A stretch of DNA of 32,000 nucleotides from NCBI RefSeq assembly GCF_000010065.1, contig NC_006576.1, positions 210,001 through 242,000 on the forward strand, read 5' to 3'. This DNA comes from Synechococcus elongatus PCC 6301 (GTDB lineage: Bacteria; Cyanobacteriota; Cyanobacteriia; Synechococcales; Synechococcaceae). Made by a program: the position numbers and the translations under genes. The stretch's first letter is position 1; the number at the start of each line of letters is the position of its first letter. Of this stretch, positions 1 through 9,747 are shown in pieces. The notes beneath the pieces were generated by a model. The model saw nothing but the letters and a program-made list of their open reading frames with translations. It had not been told where the DNA came from and searched no databases.

Positions 1-1240
1 ATACCAACTCGCCCATATCGCGCTCGCCATCGCGACCGACGTAATCGACGTTGACGTCAAGAACGTGCGCCCCTTCCTTGACTTGGCTGCGGGCGATCGC
101 AACCAGTCCATCCCAATCCTCTTCGTTCAACAGTTCCCGTACTTTTTTAGAACCACTAGCGTTGAGTCGCTCACCAATGATCAGGAAAGAGTTGTCTTGA
201 ATGTAGGGCGTAGTGCCGTAGATCGAAGCCGCCGAAGGAACGTAGTTAAACGGTTGCCGTTGTTGATGGTCACGATCGCGGCGAACTGGACGATCTTTCG
301 CTTGTAATTGCGTTGCAACTTCCGCCAATTGGGCGATGTGTTCTGGTTTTGTACCGCAGCAACCGCCAATCACTTGCACGCCTAAATCTTCGACAAAGCG
401 ATGCAGCGCCATCCGCAGCTCCATCGGTGTGAGGCGATAGTGCGCATGGCCGCCCACGTTCTCGGGAATGCCAGCGTTGGGAATGCAGCTGATCACGAAC
501 GGCGAATGTTCGCTCAGGTATTTGATGTGCTCCACCATGCGATCGGGGCCGGTGGCGCAGTTTAGCCCCAAGATATCGATCGGATAGGGTTCCAGAATCG
601 CCAGCATTGCGGCTACATCCGAGCCAACCAGCATGGTGCCGGTCGTTTCCATCGTCACCGAGACCATCAACGGTCGGCGATCGCCCTTTTCCGAAAAGAT
701 TTCTGCAATCCCGTTCAGTGCCGCTTTAATTTGCAGCACGTCTTGACAGGTTTCAACAATAAAGAGATCAACGCCGCCTTCCCATAGACCTCGCGCCTGC
801 TCAGCAAAAGAGGCTTTCATCTCGTCGTAGCCGATATGTCCCAAGGTCGGCAGCTTGGTCGTTGGCCCCATCGACCCAGCCACAAAGCGCGGTTTCTCTG
901 GCGTCGAAAATTCCGCCGCGATCGCCTTAGCGAGCTTGGCCGCTTCCACATTCAGGGCGTAGGCGTGATCTTCCAGTCCATATTCCGCCAGAACAATCGT
1001 AGTTGCCCCAAAGGTGTCAGTCTCGATGACATCTGCGCCCGCTTCCAGAAACTGGCGATGTACCGTCGCGATTGCCTCTGGTTTGGTGCGAATCAGCCAC
1101 TCATTACAGCCCTCGGTTTCCGGGCCCCCGAAATCCTCAGCGGTCAAATTCTGAAACTGCAACGTCGTTCCCATGCCGCCATCAAAAACCAGCACGGGCC
1201 GCTCAGGGCTATGCAGACGGTCGAGGAAGAGGCTTTGCAT
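1..1240 (-). CDS. metH: Methionine synthase (cobalamin-dependent), N-terminal part; gene runs off the left edge
   Basis: Manual minus-strand translation from the ATG at 1240 gives [41 protein letters not shown]..., then ...[11 protein letters not shown]... and ...[16 protein letters not shown]... (Zn-binding homocysteine methyltransferase motifs), continuing into the pterin-binding domain start ([13 protein letters not shown]...). Not in the supplied ORF track because it is open at the window edge. Confidence 0.95.
   Translation of the reverse strand, partial: MQSLFLDRLHSPERPVLVFDGGMGTTLQFQNLTAEDFGGPETEGCNEWLIRTKPEAIATVHRQFLEAGADVIETDTFGATTIVLAEYGLEDHAYALNVEAAKLAKAIAAEFSTPEKPRFVAGSMGPTTKLPTLGHIGYDEMKASFAEQARGLWEGGVDLFIVETCQDVLQIKAALNGIAEIFSEKGDRRPLMVSVTMETTGTMLVGSDVAAMLAILEPYPIDILGLNCATGPDRMVEHIKYLSEHSPFVISCIPNAGIPENVGGHAHYRLTPMELRMALHRFVEDLGVQVIGGCCGTKPEHIAQLAEVATQLQAKDRPVRRDRDHQQRQPFNYVPSAASIYGTTPYIQDNSFLIIGERLNASGSKKVRELLNEEDWDGLVAIARSQVKEGAHVLDVNVDYVGRDGERDMGELV
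93..100. repeat. HIP1 highly iterated palindrome (representative copy)
   Basis: GCGATCGC exactly at 93-100. Other exact copies read directly include 1333-1340, 1388-1395, 13947-13954 and 16340-16347, with many more through the window. No exact count was made. Confidence 0.95.
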
Positions 1241-1431
1241 GGTCAGAGTGCAATGGGAAGCAATCTTTTCCAGTGTACGGAGGATTGTCAGTCTTCCTGA
1301 GTTGGGGCAAGCGCCATGCACTGAATGGCTCTGCGATCGCCCCAGCAGCAGTGCCCGCGTTACACCTTGTGAAAAACTGGCAGCCCCGCGATCGCCACCG
1401 TCAGAATAGGTCGGCCTCCAGACTGACTGTC

Positions 1432-2595
1432 ATGGGTTCCCGCCGCAACAATCATCGACACCCTCGCAAGACCAAGCGCCAGAATTTTCGCCACCGCCTG
1501 ACCAGTACGGTCTACCAAGCCCCAGGAACCTTGCGACAGCCACTCGAGGCCAGTCCAACTCAACTGCGGCAGATTGAGTACAGCGCCAACCAGATCGTTA
1601 GCCGCCCGATCTCGGATCCCTTGGACTTGGTTTCTGCGCGGATGGGGGAAACGGGCACCACTTGGTTACAGATGCAAGGCTTCTCGGATTTGGAACAGTT
1701 GCGGAGTTTGGGGGAGGTGCTGGAGCTGAATCCACTCACTCTTGAGGACCTGATTGGTCATCCCCAGCGGCCCAAGCAGGAACGCTATCCCCATTACCTA
1801 GAGGTGATTTTTTATCGACCTGACCTGCAGCCTGGCGATCGCCTCCGCCTCGAACAGGTGGGGCTCGTTCTGGGCGATCGCTGGCTCCTCACGGTGGAAG
1901 CAGACGAAATTGGCCCCAATTTCTCTGGTTTGGAACAGCGGCTGGCCAATCGAACGGCTTACCCCAGACTGGAAGCGGATACTTTGGCCTACCTCGCGAT
2001 CGATTGGATTATCGACACCTACTTCCCGGTGCTTGAGGTCTTGGGTGAGGAACTGGAGCAACTAGAGGATGCAGTGGTAGCCCAACCAACTCAGGCGCTG
2101 CTGTCAGATATCTATGAGCTACGGCGCGAACTGATGGTGTTGCGGCGCGTCGTCTGGCCGTTGCGGGATGTGATCAATGCCTTGATTCGCGATCGCACAC
2201 CCCTGATTCGGGAGGAAGTGCGCATGGATCTGCGGGACTGTGCTGATCACGCCTACTTTTTGCTGGATACCCTAGAAACCTATCGGGATCTGGCTAACAA
2301 CTTGATGGAGGTCTATCTCTCGTCGATCAGCAACCGCCTCAACCAAGTCATGAAGCTGTTAGCCATCCTTTCGACCGTATTCATGCCCCTGACCTTGATC
2401 GCCGGAATCTACGGCATGAATTTCAATCCTGAGGCGTCTCGCTGGAATATGCCAGAACTAAACTGGCCCTACGGTTATCCGGCTGTGCTGCTGGCGATGG
2501 TGGCGATCGCGATCGTCTTACTGTGGTTGTTTTGGCAGCGCGGCTGGTTTGAAGACTGGAGCAGGCCCAGCTTCCGCTCTAGGCAAGACACCTGA
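1432..2595 (+). CDS. CorA-family divalent cation transporter
   Basis: ORF 1072..2595; C-terminal two-TM region with GMN signature (LIAGIYGMNFNPEASRWNMPEL). The N-terminal part of the listed ORF is antisense to metH, so the ATG at 1432 is a more plausible start. Confidence 0.88.
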   Translation: MGSRRNNHRHPRKTKRQNFRHRLTSTVYQAPGTLRQPLEASPTQLRQIEYSANQIVSRPISDPLDLVSARMGETGTTWLQMQGFSDLEQLRSLGEVLELNPLTLEDLIGHPQRPKQERYPHYLEVIFYRPDLQPGDRLRLEQVGLVLGDRWLLTVEADEIGPNFSGLEQRLANRTAYPRLEADTLAYLAIDWIIDTYFPVLEVLGEELEQLEDAVVAQPTQALLSDIYELRRELMVLRRVVWPLRDVINALIRDRTPLIREEVRMDLRDCADHAYFLLDTLETYRDLANNLMEVYLSSISNRLNQVMKLLAILSTVFMPLTLIAGIYGMNFNPEASRWNMPELNWPYGYPAVLLAMVAIAIVLLWLFWQRGWFEDWSRPSFRSRQDT

Positions 2596-2597
2596 CC

Positions 2598-2876
2598 CTA
2601 CCAACGCCAGACCCGGAAAGAAGCCCCGTAACGGGCTAAATCACCAAACGTCAGCTCAACCTTGACCCCACCCAGTAGTTCTTCCAGGGTGGAATAGCGG
2701 GGCTCTTGATCTGCGGGCGGTGAATCGGCCTGAATTTCTAGCTTGGGCTGCTCAATGGGGAAACGCAGCTGATCAGCGGCATTGATCGGTTCGACAGGAG
2801 CTGTTGCAGCCTGGGCCAGCAAGATCATGGACCACATCAGACTGCCCTCACGCTGCTCATAGCTTAGGCAGTCCAA
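2598..2876 (-). CDS. Small hypothetical protein (start may be an internal Met, MWSMILLAQAA...)
   Basis: Open frame of 92 aa between corA-like gene and recR; no recognised domain. Confidence 0.45.
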   Translation of the reverse strand: MDCLSYEQREGSLMWSMILLAQAATAPVEPINAADQLRFPIEQPKLEIQADSPPADQEPRYSTLEELLGGVKVELTFGDLARYGASFRVWRW

Positions 2877-2962
2877 GAGCGATCGGCTAGCAGGAATTGA
2901 GGTTCTGTCTGCCTAATCCGTAGTGAGGGTTTCGGGAATCAATGCTGCCTGCGATCGCTCCT

Positions 2963-3562
2963 CTAAGTCAGATCGCGGCGACCCTCCAGCGCTCGAGCCA
3001 GCGTCACTTCATCGGCGTACTCCAAGTCACCCCCCATCGGTAAACCAAAGGCAATGCGCGTCACACGGGTGAAGGGTTTCAAAAGCTGCCCTACATAGAG
3101 CGTCGTTGTTTCGCCCTCAACGCTGGGGCTAATCGCCATAATCACCTCCTGCGTTTGCTCCTGAGCGACTCGCCGTACCAGCGCCTGCACCGTTAGCTGC
3201 TCAGGACCGATGCCATCCATGGGCGAAATCAACCCACCCAGCACGTGATAGAGCCCCTTATATTCGCGGGTTTTCTCAAGGGCGATCACGTCGCGCGGAT
3301 CAGCCACCACGCAGATGGTTTGGGCGTCGCGCTTGGGATCTCGGCAGATGTTGCAGAGGTCTTCCGAAGAGAGATGAAAACAGCGCTGACAGTGCCCCAC
3401 TTGTTGCTTGGCTGCTAGCAATGCTTCCGCAAAGGCTGCGATTTCAGCTTCGGGTCGTTGAATGAGGTGCAGTGCTAACCGTTGAGCCGTTTTGGGGCCA
3501 ACACCTGGCAGTTTCTGTAGGTGCTCAATCAGGCGGGCCAGCGGACGGGTATAAACAGACAC
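2963..3562 (-). CDS. recR: Recombination protein RecR
   Basis: [32 protein letters not shown] (HhH), C4 zinc finger [22 protein letters not shown] region [28 protein letters not shown]. Probable GTG start at 3562; the listed ORF extends to 3598. Confidence 0.95.
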   Translation of the reverse strand: MSVYTRPLARLIEHLQKLPGVGPKTAQRLALHLIQRPEAEIAAFAEALLAAKQQVGHCQRCFHLSSEDLCNICRDPKRDAQTICVVADPRDVIALEKTREYKGLYHVLGGLISPMDGIGPEQLTVQALVRRVAQEQTQEVIMAISPSVEGETTTLYVGQLLKPFTRVTRIAFGLPMGGDLEYADEVTLARALEGRRDLT

Positions 3563-3807
3563 AATCGCATTGACGCAATTTTTCGATCGTAAACCCAAGC
3601 CTGCTTAGCGCGACAGTAACCGGCTACTGTTCAACTCTCGATTCCCCAGTCACCACGATTTGGAAACGGGTCAAGCCGATCGAGGCCTGCGGTCGCTATC
3701 CCGAAAATTGAGATCACGCCAGCTACGCCAGCCTTGAGATTCAGTCGTGAAAATGCGCTGCAATCCTCGTCGAGGGGGCCCAGCAGCCAAGCCTTAGTTC
3801 CAGTTGC

Positions 3808-4143
3808 TCAGGGGGTAGCCACAACGCCACAGTGCTGACCAGCGAGGTAGTCACTGCGAATCCAGCCCTGATATTGGTCGTTGGCTCCCCGTGTGAATTC
3901 GACCAAGTACCAGAGTTCTTGGTTGACTTCCTGTTCTTGGAGAACCATGCCGGATCGCCCGTTGAGGATAGAGCCTTTGATATTGCGCCAGTCTTTGCGA
4001 TCGGGACTCGACCGCAGGAAAACGCGCGAACGATCGTAGTAGGTTGTCACCCGTGCGGGGTAGTTCACCAGTGGGGCACAGGCAGTTTTGGGCGGTTCTG
4101 GCACCGAGGCCAGCAGGGTTGAGAGGAGCAGAGTGGACAGCAT
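3808..4143 (-). CDS. Probable secreted SH3-like domain protein
   Basis: 111 aa, hydrophobic N-terminus (MLSTLLLSTLLASVPE), then VTTYYDRSRVFLRSSPDR...GRSGMVLQE...WYLVEFTRG...GWIRSDYL, typical of bacterial SH3-like repeats. Confidence 0.7.
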   Translation of the reverse strand: MLSTLLLSTLLASVPEPPKTACAPLVNYPARVTTYYDRSRVFLRSSPDRKDWRNIKGSILNGRSGMVLQEQEVNQELWYLVEFTRGANDQYQGWIRSDYLAGQHCGVVATP

Positions 4144-4170
4144 GGTGCGTTCGGTGACGAGATGACTTGA

Positions 4171-5538
4171 TCAGACAGAGGCGATCGCAGTCTGTGCAGA
4201 GGGATTGTGCCACTGCTGCACCTGGATCCGGAAGTCTTGGGAGGGGACAAACGTGATGCCGCGCCGTGCCGGTCGGACTGGACGTTGGCTGACCTCAGCG
4301 ATTTGGCACTGGCGGAGCAAAGTGGCTAGCACCATTTTCATTTCGATCAGCGATAGAGCCATACCAATACAACTGCGCTGACCGCCACCAAAAGGTAAAA
4401 ATTCGCCATTGGAAAATCGTCGTTCCAAAAAGCGATTGGGCTGAAATTGGTCTGGGTTGGGATAGGTTGCCGCTCGACGATGGGCCGTCAGGACGCAGGG
4501 CACCAAAATCGTGCCACTCGCAAAGTCATACCCACCCAAGGAAAGCGGCGAAGCCACCCGTCGTGGCTGGGCAATCAGGGCGATCGGTTGGAGGCGCAGG
4601 GCTTCGCGGCAAACGGCATCCAGGTAGGGAGCTTTCGCGATCGCGCGATCGTTGTCACCGATGGCGACCAGTTCGGATTGGAGCCGGTTTAAGCAGTCGG
4701 GATGGCGCAGCAACCAAAACACGGCCCAGGTCAAGGCAGAAGCCGTCGTTTCATGGCCTAGTAAGAGTAAGGTCATCAACTGATCCCGCAGTTCTTGATC
4801 GCTCAGCGGGTTGCCATCGCGATCGCGGGCCGCTAATAGCAGTTCCAGCACATCCTGACGGGGCTGCTGACTTTGGCGACCCTCTTGAATTTCTGCAGTA
4901 ATCAGGGCATCGATCGCTTCGCGTTGCCGACAGAAACGCCCCCAAGGGCTCCAGTTACCCCAGTCTTGTTGCAGAGCAGGCCAGAAGAATTGAAGGGAGT
5001 AGAGGGGATCGGTGATCGCTTCCAGTAATTGATCGAGGCGTTGGTAGAGATCGCGGTAGCGCGGTCCCGGCGTTAGGCCAAAAACCACTTGCAGAATCAC
5101 TGCCAGGGAAATCTGCGACATCTGCCGCCGTAAATCTAGGGGTTGACCTAGCGGCCACTGGGCGATCGCGGCTTGGGTAATCGCGGTCATAGCGGGTGTG
5201 TAGTCAAATAGCCGCTCACCCTGCAGGGCGGGCATTAGCAGTTGCCGCTGCTGACGATGGCGATCGCCGTTTTGCATAATCAGCGACTCGTTGCCGACCA
5301 AGGGCCGAAACACATCAGCAATCCGCCCTAGTTCCAGTTGGTCGGCCAGACTACTAAAAATCGCCAGAATCGCCTCGGGATCGCTGACAAAGACCACCGG
5401 CGGAGACTGAGGTCCCAACACCCGCAAGGTGAACCAGTCCCCGTAGCGATCGGCGCAGCTGAGCAGAAATGAAACTGGTTGAGTGATGATGCGCAGGGTT
5501 TGCAGTAGCGCCAGTTGCGACGGTCCAGGAGGCAGCAT
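4171..5538 (-). CDS. Cytochrome P450 (CYP110-like)
   Basis: Heme-binding motif PFGGGQRSCIGMALS, ExxR (EALRLQP), I-helix LLLLGHETTASAL; N-terminal MLPPGPSQLALLQTL. Start at 5538 preferred over 5673, which would overlap menA. Confidence 0.93.
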   Translation of the reverse strand: MLPPGPSQLALLQTLRIITQPVSFLLSCADRYGDWFTLRVLGPQSPPVVFVSDPEAILAIFSSLADQLELGRIADVFRPLVGNESLIMQNGDRHRQQRQLLMPALQGERLFDYTPAMTAITQAAIAQWPLGQPLDLRRQMSQISLAVILQVVFGLTPGPRYRDLYQRLDQLLEAITDPLYSLQFFWPALQQDWGNWSPWGRFCRQREAIDALITAEIQEGRQSQQPRQDVLELLLAARDRDGNPLSDQELRDQLMTLLLLGHETTASALTWAVFWLLRHPDCLNRLQSELVAIGDNDRAIAKAPYLDAVCREALRLQPIALIAQPRRVASPLSLGGYDFASGTILVPCVLTAHRRAATYPNPDQFQPNRFLERRFSNGEFLPFGGGQRSCIGMALSLIEMKMVLATLLRQCQIAEVSQRPVRPARRGITFVPSQDFRIQVQQWHNPSAQTAIASV

Positions 5539-5596
5539 GATTGCTAGGCAGGGGTCAGCGCTAATCCTAAAATGAGTCTGGCCTTGCGCGATTGCC

Positions 5597-6508
5597 ATGC
5601 AGACTGCTCCGCCCCGCCCCAACAAGCTTTGGCTCGCAGCCCTGAAACCCCCCATGTACAGCGTGGCCATCATGCCTATCGTGCTGGGCAGCGCTGTCGC
5701 CTACTGGGAAACCAGCCAAATTAACTGGGCAACAGCAGTGCGTTTTGGCCTGGCAGCGGTGTTAATCCTGCTCTGGGAGAACCTCTGCAACGACGTGTTC
5801 GATGCGTCCACCGGCATCGATCGCCAGAAGCATCACTCGCTCGTCAACCTCACGGGTCACCGTTGGCTGCTGTTTTGGCTGGCCCAAGCCAGCTTGATCC
5901 TAGGGTTGGCCCTGATTGCCGCGATCGCCCAAACCCAAGGTTGGTTGATTCTGGGGATCATCCTCGTCTGCTGCCTCCTGGGCTACCTCTATCAAGGCCC
6001 GCCCTTTCGCCTTGGCTATCGAGGTCTGGGGGAATTTCTCTGTTTTCCGGCGTTTGGGCCCTTGGCAGTCTCTGCTGTTTACTTCAGCCAAACCGGGAGC
6101 TTTTCGAGCACGGCTTTGTGGGCTTCGATCAGCTTGGGAATCAGCACCAGCTTAGTGCTCTTTTGCTCCCACTTTCATCAAGTTGATGACGACCTCGCCG
6201 CAGGTAAAAAATCACCGATTGTTCGACTCGGCACAAGACGGGCAGCCCAGCTTTTGCCTTGGGCTTGTGGACTGACATTAGCCACGATCGCAATCCCAAT
6301 TCTGTTCCAAGTTTTTCCTTGGGCCACCGCGATCGCCTTGATTAGCATTTTCCCTGCGCGATCGCTCTGCCGCTTTGTGCGAACCTCGCATTCACAACCA
6401 GCAGTGGTCAGCCGGTCGAAGTTCCTCGCAATCCATTTTCAGTTTTGGAGTGGGTTGCTCTTTAGCTTGGGTTTTGTACTAGCCGACCAACTCTCATCGA
6501 GTCTTTAA
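5597..6508 (+). CDS. menA: 1,4-dihydroxy-2-naphthoate phytyltransferase (UbiA family)
   Basis: UbiA motifs NLCNDVFDASTGIDRQKHHSLVNLTG and HFHQVDDDLAAGKKSPIVRLG; nine-helix type hydrophobicity. Confidence 0.9.
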   Translation: MQTAPPRPNKLWLAALKPPMYSVAIMPIVLGSAVAYWETSQINWATAVRFGLAAVLILLWENLCNDVFDASTGIDRQKHHSLVNLTGHRWLLFWLAQASLILGLALIAAIAQTQGWLILGIILVCCLLGYLYQGPPFRLGYRGLGEFLCFPAFGPLAVSAVYFSQTGSFSSTALWASISLGISTSLVLFCSHFHQVDDDLAAGKKSPIVRLGTRRAAQLLPWACGLTLATIAIPILFQVFPWATAIALISIFPARSLCRFVRTSHSQPAVVSRSKFLAIHFQFWSGLLFSLGFVLADQLSSSL

Positions 6509-6739
6509 CTGCCTAAATCAGACGCAAGCTACCGCGAGCCGCCGACAGGTTGACTGCTGATTGAGCTTGTCTTGGCAATGGGCTGGAGCGATCGAGCTTC
6601 TCAACGGAGGAGGAGTCATTGACAGGCCCAATGGCATTACAGATTACGAGTGCCAGCTAGCAAAAATGCGCTTACTCTGGCTGTGGGTGTTGAGTTTCGA
6701 CTCCCAGGTATCACATTAGTGCCACAGAGTACTAGCTCC

Positions 6740-7438
6740 ATGAGTTTTCCGTCCCAGGCTGCCTTTGCGACAACCCTGTTTGCAATGCTCAATCCCTTGG
6801 GGATGCTGCCTGTTTTTATTAGCTACACCGAGAGTGAGCGCCGACAAGTACAACGCTGGGCTGCGCTCTTTATCTCTCTGACAGTCTTTGCCCTTCTCAT
6901 CTTATTCCTGCTAACAGGATCCACGCTACTAAGATTCTTTGGGATCAGCCTTTCATCATTCCGAATTGCCGGAGGTATTTTGTTGCTATTGCTCGGCATT
7001 AATCTCACAATTGACAACACTGCTAAACAGACACGGGCCATCGTCAAGCATGAACAGGAAAGCAGTCTGCGGGCGGCAGAGTCCGTCTATAAAAAGATTG
7101 TGATTCCCTTGGCCGTACCCCTTTTGGTTGGTCCAGGAGCGATCGCTAATGTCATTCTCCACGGCACTCTGGCTGAAACCGAGCAACAGTATGGGCTATT
7201 GGCTGAGTTTGCGTTAATCATTGCCCTGATATCTCTGCTCACGTTTATCATTTTTCAGTCGGGGCGCTGGTTTCAAAAGGTGATCGGGGATGTTGGACTC
7301 TCGATTCTGACCCGTATTCTGGGCCTACTCGTAGCAGCGATCGGAATTCAATTTCTAGTCGCTGGGGTGGCAGATGTTGCTGCTACTGTCGTTACGCCCG
7401 CTGTGCTCCAACAGCTGCAGCGATCGCCCATGCCTTAG
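6740..7438 (+). CDS. MarC family integral membrane protein
   Basis: ATTLFAMLNPLGMLPVFISYTESERR, LLLGINLTI, PLAVPLLVGPGAIANVI. Probable ATG at 6740; the listed ORF begins at 6650. Confidence 0.9.
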   Translation: MSFPSQAAFATTLFAMLNPLGMLPVFISYTESERRQVQRWAALFISLTVFALLILFLLTGSTLLRFFGISLSSFRIAGGILLLLLGINLTIDNTAKQTRAIVKHEQESSLRAAESVYKKIVIPLAVPLLVGPGAIANVILHGTLAETEQQYGLLAEFALIIALISLLTFIIFQSGRWFQKVIGDVGLSILTRILGLLVAAIGIQFLVAGVADVAATVVTPAVLQQLQRSPMP

Positions 7439-7696
7439 ACAGGCAACCGGCGATTAGGGCCTCTTACGACCTATTTTCAGTTTTTAGAGTGCATTGCCCC
7501 CTAAGAGGGTCTTAGAGGGTCTGTTATTGATAATTGACCGCCAGAAAAATAACATCGCCCTGCTCAGGGCCACGGGTCGTAAAACCAGCGATACCGTGCT
7601 CCAAGCAAAGGCGATAGTTGCTCAGGGACTTACCGCAATGAAGAATGCGATAAGCCATTGGCTTAAATCCTGAGGATGGGGATTGGCGATCGATCG

Positions 7697-8131
7697 CTAG
7701 TATTTGCGGGGATTAAAAATCTGCGCGATTCTCTCACCGATCGCCGTCAGAGGATTGGGAATCTTCAGCTTCGGCTCTTCGTAGGCCTTGATCGGCTCGT
7801 CTTTGAATTCCTTCAACCGATAGCCAAATTCCAACACCTCTTGCTTGCGCAGCGGCGGGAAAAGACGACCTGCTGCCTCTTGGAGTTGCGCTTGGTTATC
7901 ACGAATGGCGTAGTTGACTAGGTCAACCCGTTTGACGGCAATCACACCGACAGGAAACCATTGCTCTTTGCCAGGAATTCGCACATAGATCTCGAAGTCC
8001 GGAGTTCCCTCACGGGTCATGCGATCGTAGGTTTGCGCCGCTTCGGCTCGCTTGCGGGCTGCCTTAGAAGGCTGCTTTTTTTGGGGTTGTTCCGGCGCAA
8101 ATCCTTTGGCCACGCATCGATCCTGTCGCAA
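7697..8131 (-). CDS. HHL1-like cyanobacterial/plastid protein
   Basis: KKQPSKAARKRAEAAQTYDRMTREGTPDFEIYVRIPGKEQWFPVGVIAVKRVDLVNYAIRDNQ; matches my recall of the conserved HHL1-like family. Start could be GTG at 8113 or TTG at 8131. Confidence 0.7.
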   Translation of the reverse strand: MRQDRCVAKGFAPEQPQKKQPSKAARKRAEAAQTYDRMTREGTPDFEIYVRIPGKEQWFPVGVIAVKRVDLVNYAIRDNQAQLQEAAGRLFPPLRKQEVLEFGYRLKEFKDEPIKAYEEPKLKIPNPLTAIGERIAQIFNPRKY

Positions 8132-8159
8132 CTGGCACTGATCCTATCGCGTTGCTTCC

Positions 8160-8447
8160 CTAGCCTGGAAGCAGACAGGCCTCAACATGGCAAATGTGAC
8201 TGAGGGTGACGGGAAAGACAGGGTTGCTTTTTGGACGGAGGGGCCACTGACGCACCCAACAAATGCCGCCTTCCTCCTGCACACTGATGACTTGGTAGAG
8301 ATGTGCCGCTGAATCTTGCAGTCGGACACAATCACCTTGATGGACGGGTTTGTTCTTCATAGGGGACCGTGCGTGATCCTGCCACTGTTTTAGGTTAGAA
8401 AGCTGGTCTTGGTTGGCATACAGGATACGAAATCTCAGGATTTTCAA
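8160..8447 (-). CDS. Conserved-looking hypothetical protein (possible internal start MKNKPVHQGDCVRLQD... at 8360)
   Basis: VHQGDCVRLQDSAAHLYQVISVQEEGGICWVRQWPLRPKSNPVFPVTLSHI has a plausible SH3-like beta-barrel pattern; no named family recognised. Confidence 0.55.
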   Translation of the reverse strand: MKILRFRILYANQDQLSNLKQWQDHARSPMKNKPVHQGDCVRLQDSAAHLYQVISVQEEGGICWVRQWPLRPKSNPVFPVTLSHICHVEACLLPG

Positions 8448-8642
8448 GGACTCCTGACAGAACTCACATCGCCAAGTTCCGCACCCACCGTACCGCAGCT
8501 GTCGAGTCTGGCGTCAGATTGTGCCAAGGCTGCTGAGCCAATCTCGAGAGCGATCGCGTTAGCAGGCAATCCTGGATTGGAGGGTCATACCTCTACCGCA
8601 AGACCTAGCGATCGCTGAAGTCCTGGCTAGGGGCGATCGCAG

Positions 8643-9128
8643 TTAACGACAGATGGTTTGCAGACCGTTTTCCACCACTTCGGGATAGTTCTCCAGCCAG
8701 CGGGCTTCCAGCTCGAGCAGTTGATCTTCGGGGGCATATTGACTACGGACAATACGCAGATCCGATCGCCGAGTTTCTCGCAGCATTTTGGGAACTAAGT
8801 CTGGCCGAAGGCGAGCAATCGGACGACTGCGGCGTGTCCCAACTCGACCTTGATTTGCAAGGCAATTCTGAACAACGTGCCAGCTTTCATGTACCAAGGT
8901 GCGAAACACCTCGTCATCACTGTCGTGGGCTTCGGGGCAGATGCGAATTTCACGACGGCGATCGCTAAAACTGCCCAACAATCCAGGTTCACAGGCCTGA
9001 GTGACCCGTACGCCGACTCGACGCAGTTCAGCCAAGAGACTTCGGGCGTTATTGAACTGACCCCAAGCGGGTGCCTCTAACAGCATCACAAGAAGGATAG
9101 GAAGGGGAAGCCAGCGCGACGACACCAT
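8643..9128 (-). CDS. Secreted hypothetical protein with HExxH-type motif
   Basis: 161 aa with signal peptide (LPLPILLVMLLEAPAWG) and ...FRTLVHESWHVVQNCLANQG..., i.e. HESWH matching HExxH. Confidence 0.7.
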   Translation of the reverse strand: MVSSRWLPLPILLVMLLEAPAWGQFNNARSLLAELRRVGVRVTQACEPGLLGSFSDRRREIRICPEAHDSDDEVFRTLVHESWHVVQNCLANQGRVGTRRSRPIARLRPDLVPKMLRETRRSDLRIVRSQYAPEDQLLELEARWLENYPEVVENGLQTICR

Positions 9129-9211
9129 GAGAGCCCTGCCCGGGGTAATCAGAAAATTGCAATCAGCCCTACCACAGCAAGACGTGATCGCTTCCCACTA
9201 GGTTTCCCGAA

Positions 9212-9715
9212 TCACACACAACCCAGACTATCTCGGGTGGCTACCCCTGTTTTGGGGTTAACGCCGTCGGCCCGCAGGCAAAGCTGCTTCTGCTCGTAGC
9301 GATCGATGATTGCATCTGTGAAATCGGCACCTGTGATCTTGACATCTTGAAAACTGGTGCGAGTAGCAGTCACGTCTACCAACAGGGCATCGGTCAAATC
9401 AGCGCCCACCAAAAAGACGCGATCGAGTAAGGCACCGCTCAGATCTGCTCCATGGAAATTGGCATCCAAGAAGACTCCTAGAGTCAGAATCGCATTGCGC
9501 AAATTCGCCTCTTCTAGATTGGCTTTGCGCATCTCGGTCGACACGAACAACATCCCCGACAAGTCTTCGTGGGAGAGATCGATGCCGTTGCGAATCAAGT
9601 TGCTGTAGTTATTCGTTTCGGGCTCTGCGATCGCAGGGTGAGCTAACCCCAAAACTAAAACCAGCGCCAGCACCATCGAGAGCCATCGCCAACCGAATCG
9701 ACGGGGCAAAACCAT
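9212..9715 (-). CDS. Pentapeptide-repeat protein with N-terminal signal (probably thylakoid-lumen or periplasmic)
   Basis: Signal-like MVLPRRFGWRWLSMVLALVLVLGLAHPAIAEP, then repeats ANLEEANLRNA, ANFHGADLSGALLDR, ADLTDALL, ADFTDAII; C-terminal CLRADGVNPKTGVATRDSLGC. Confidence 0.85.
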   Translation of the reverse strand: MVLPRRFGWRWLSMVLALVLVLGLAHPAIAEPETNNYSNLIRNGIDLSHEDLSGMLFVSTEMRKANLEEANLRNAILTLGVFLDANFHGADLSGALLDRVFLVGADLTDALLVDVTATRTSFQDVKITGADFTDAIIDRYEQKQLCLRADGVNPKTGVATRDSLGCV

Positions 9716-9747
9716 AGAACCATTCTCGGAAGGAGATCCCCTTCAGC

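Noticed and set aside
836-1300. 154-aa plus-strand ORF and the first ~120 codons of ORF 1072..2595
   Set aside because: Antisense to metH, whose minus-strand translation carries clear family motifs; no CorA similarity in that section.
3599-3807. Possible short minus-strand coding stretch between recR and the SH3-like gene
   Set aside because: About 55 open codons (KAWLLGPLDEDCSAFSRLNLKAGVAGVISIFGIATAG...) can be read but no start, family motif or conservation evidence is available.
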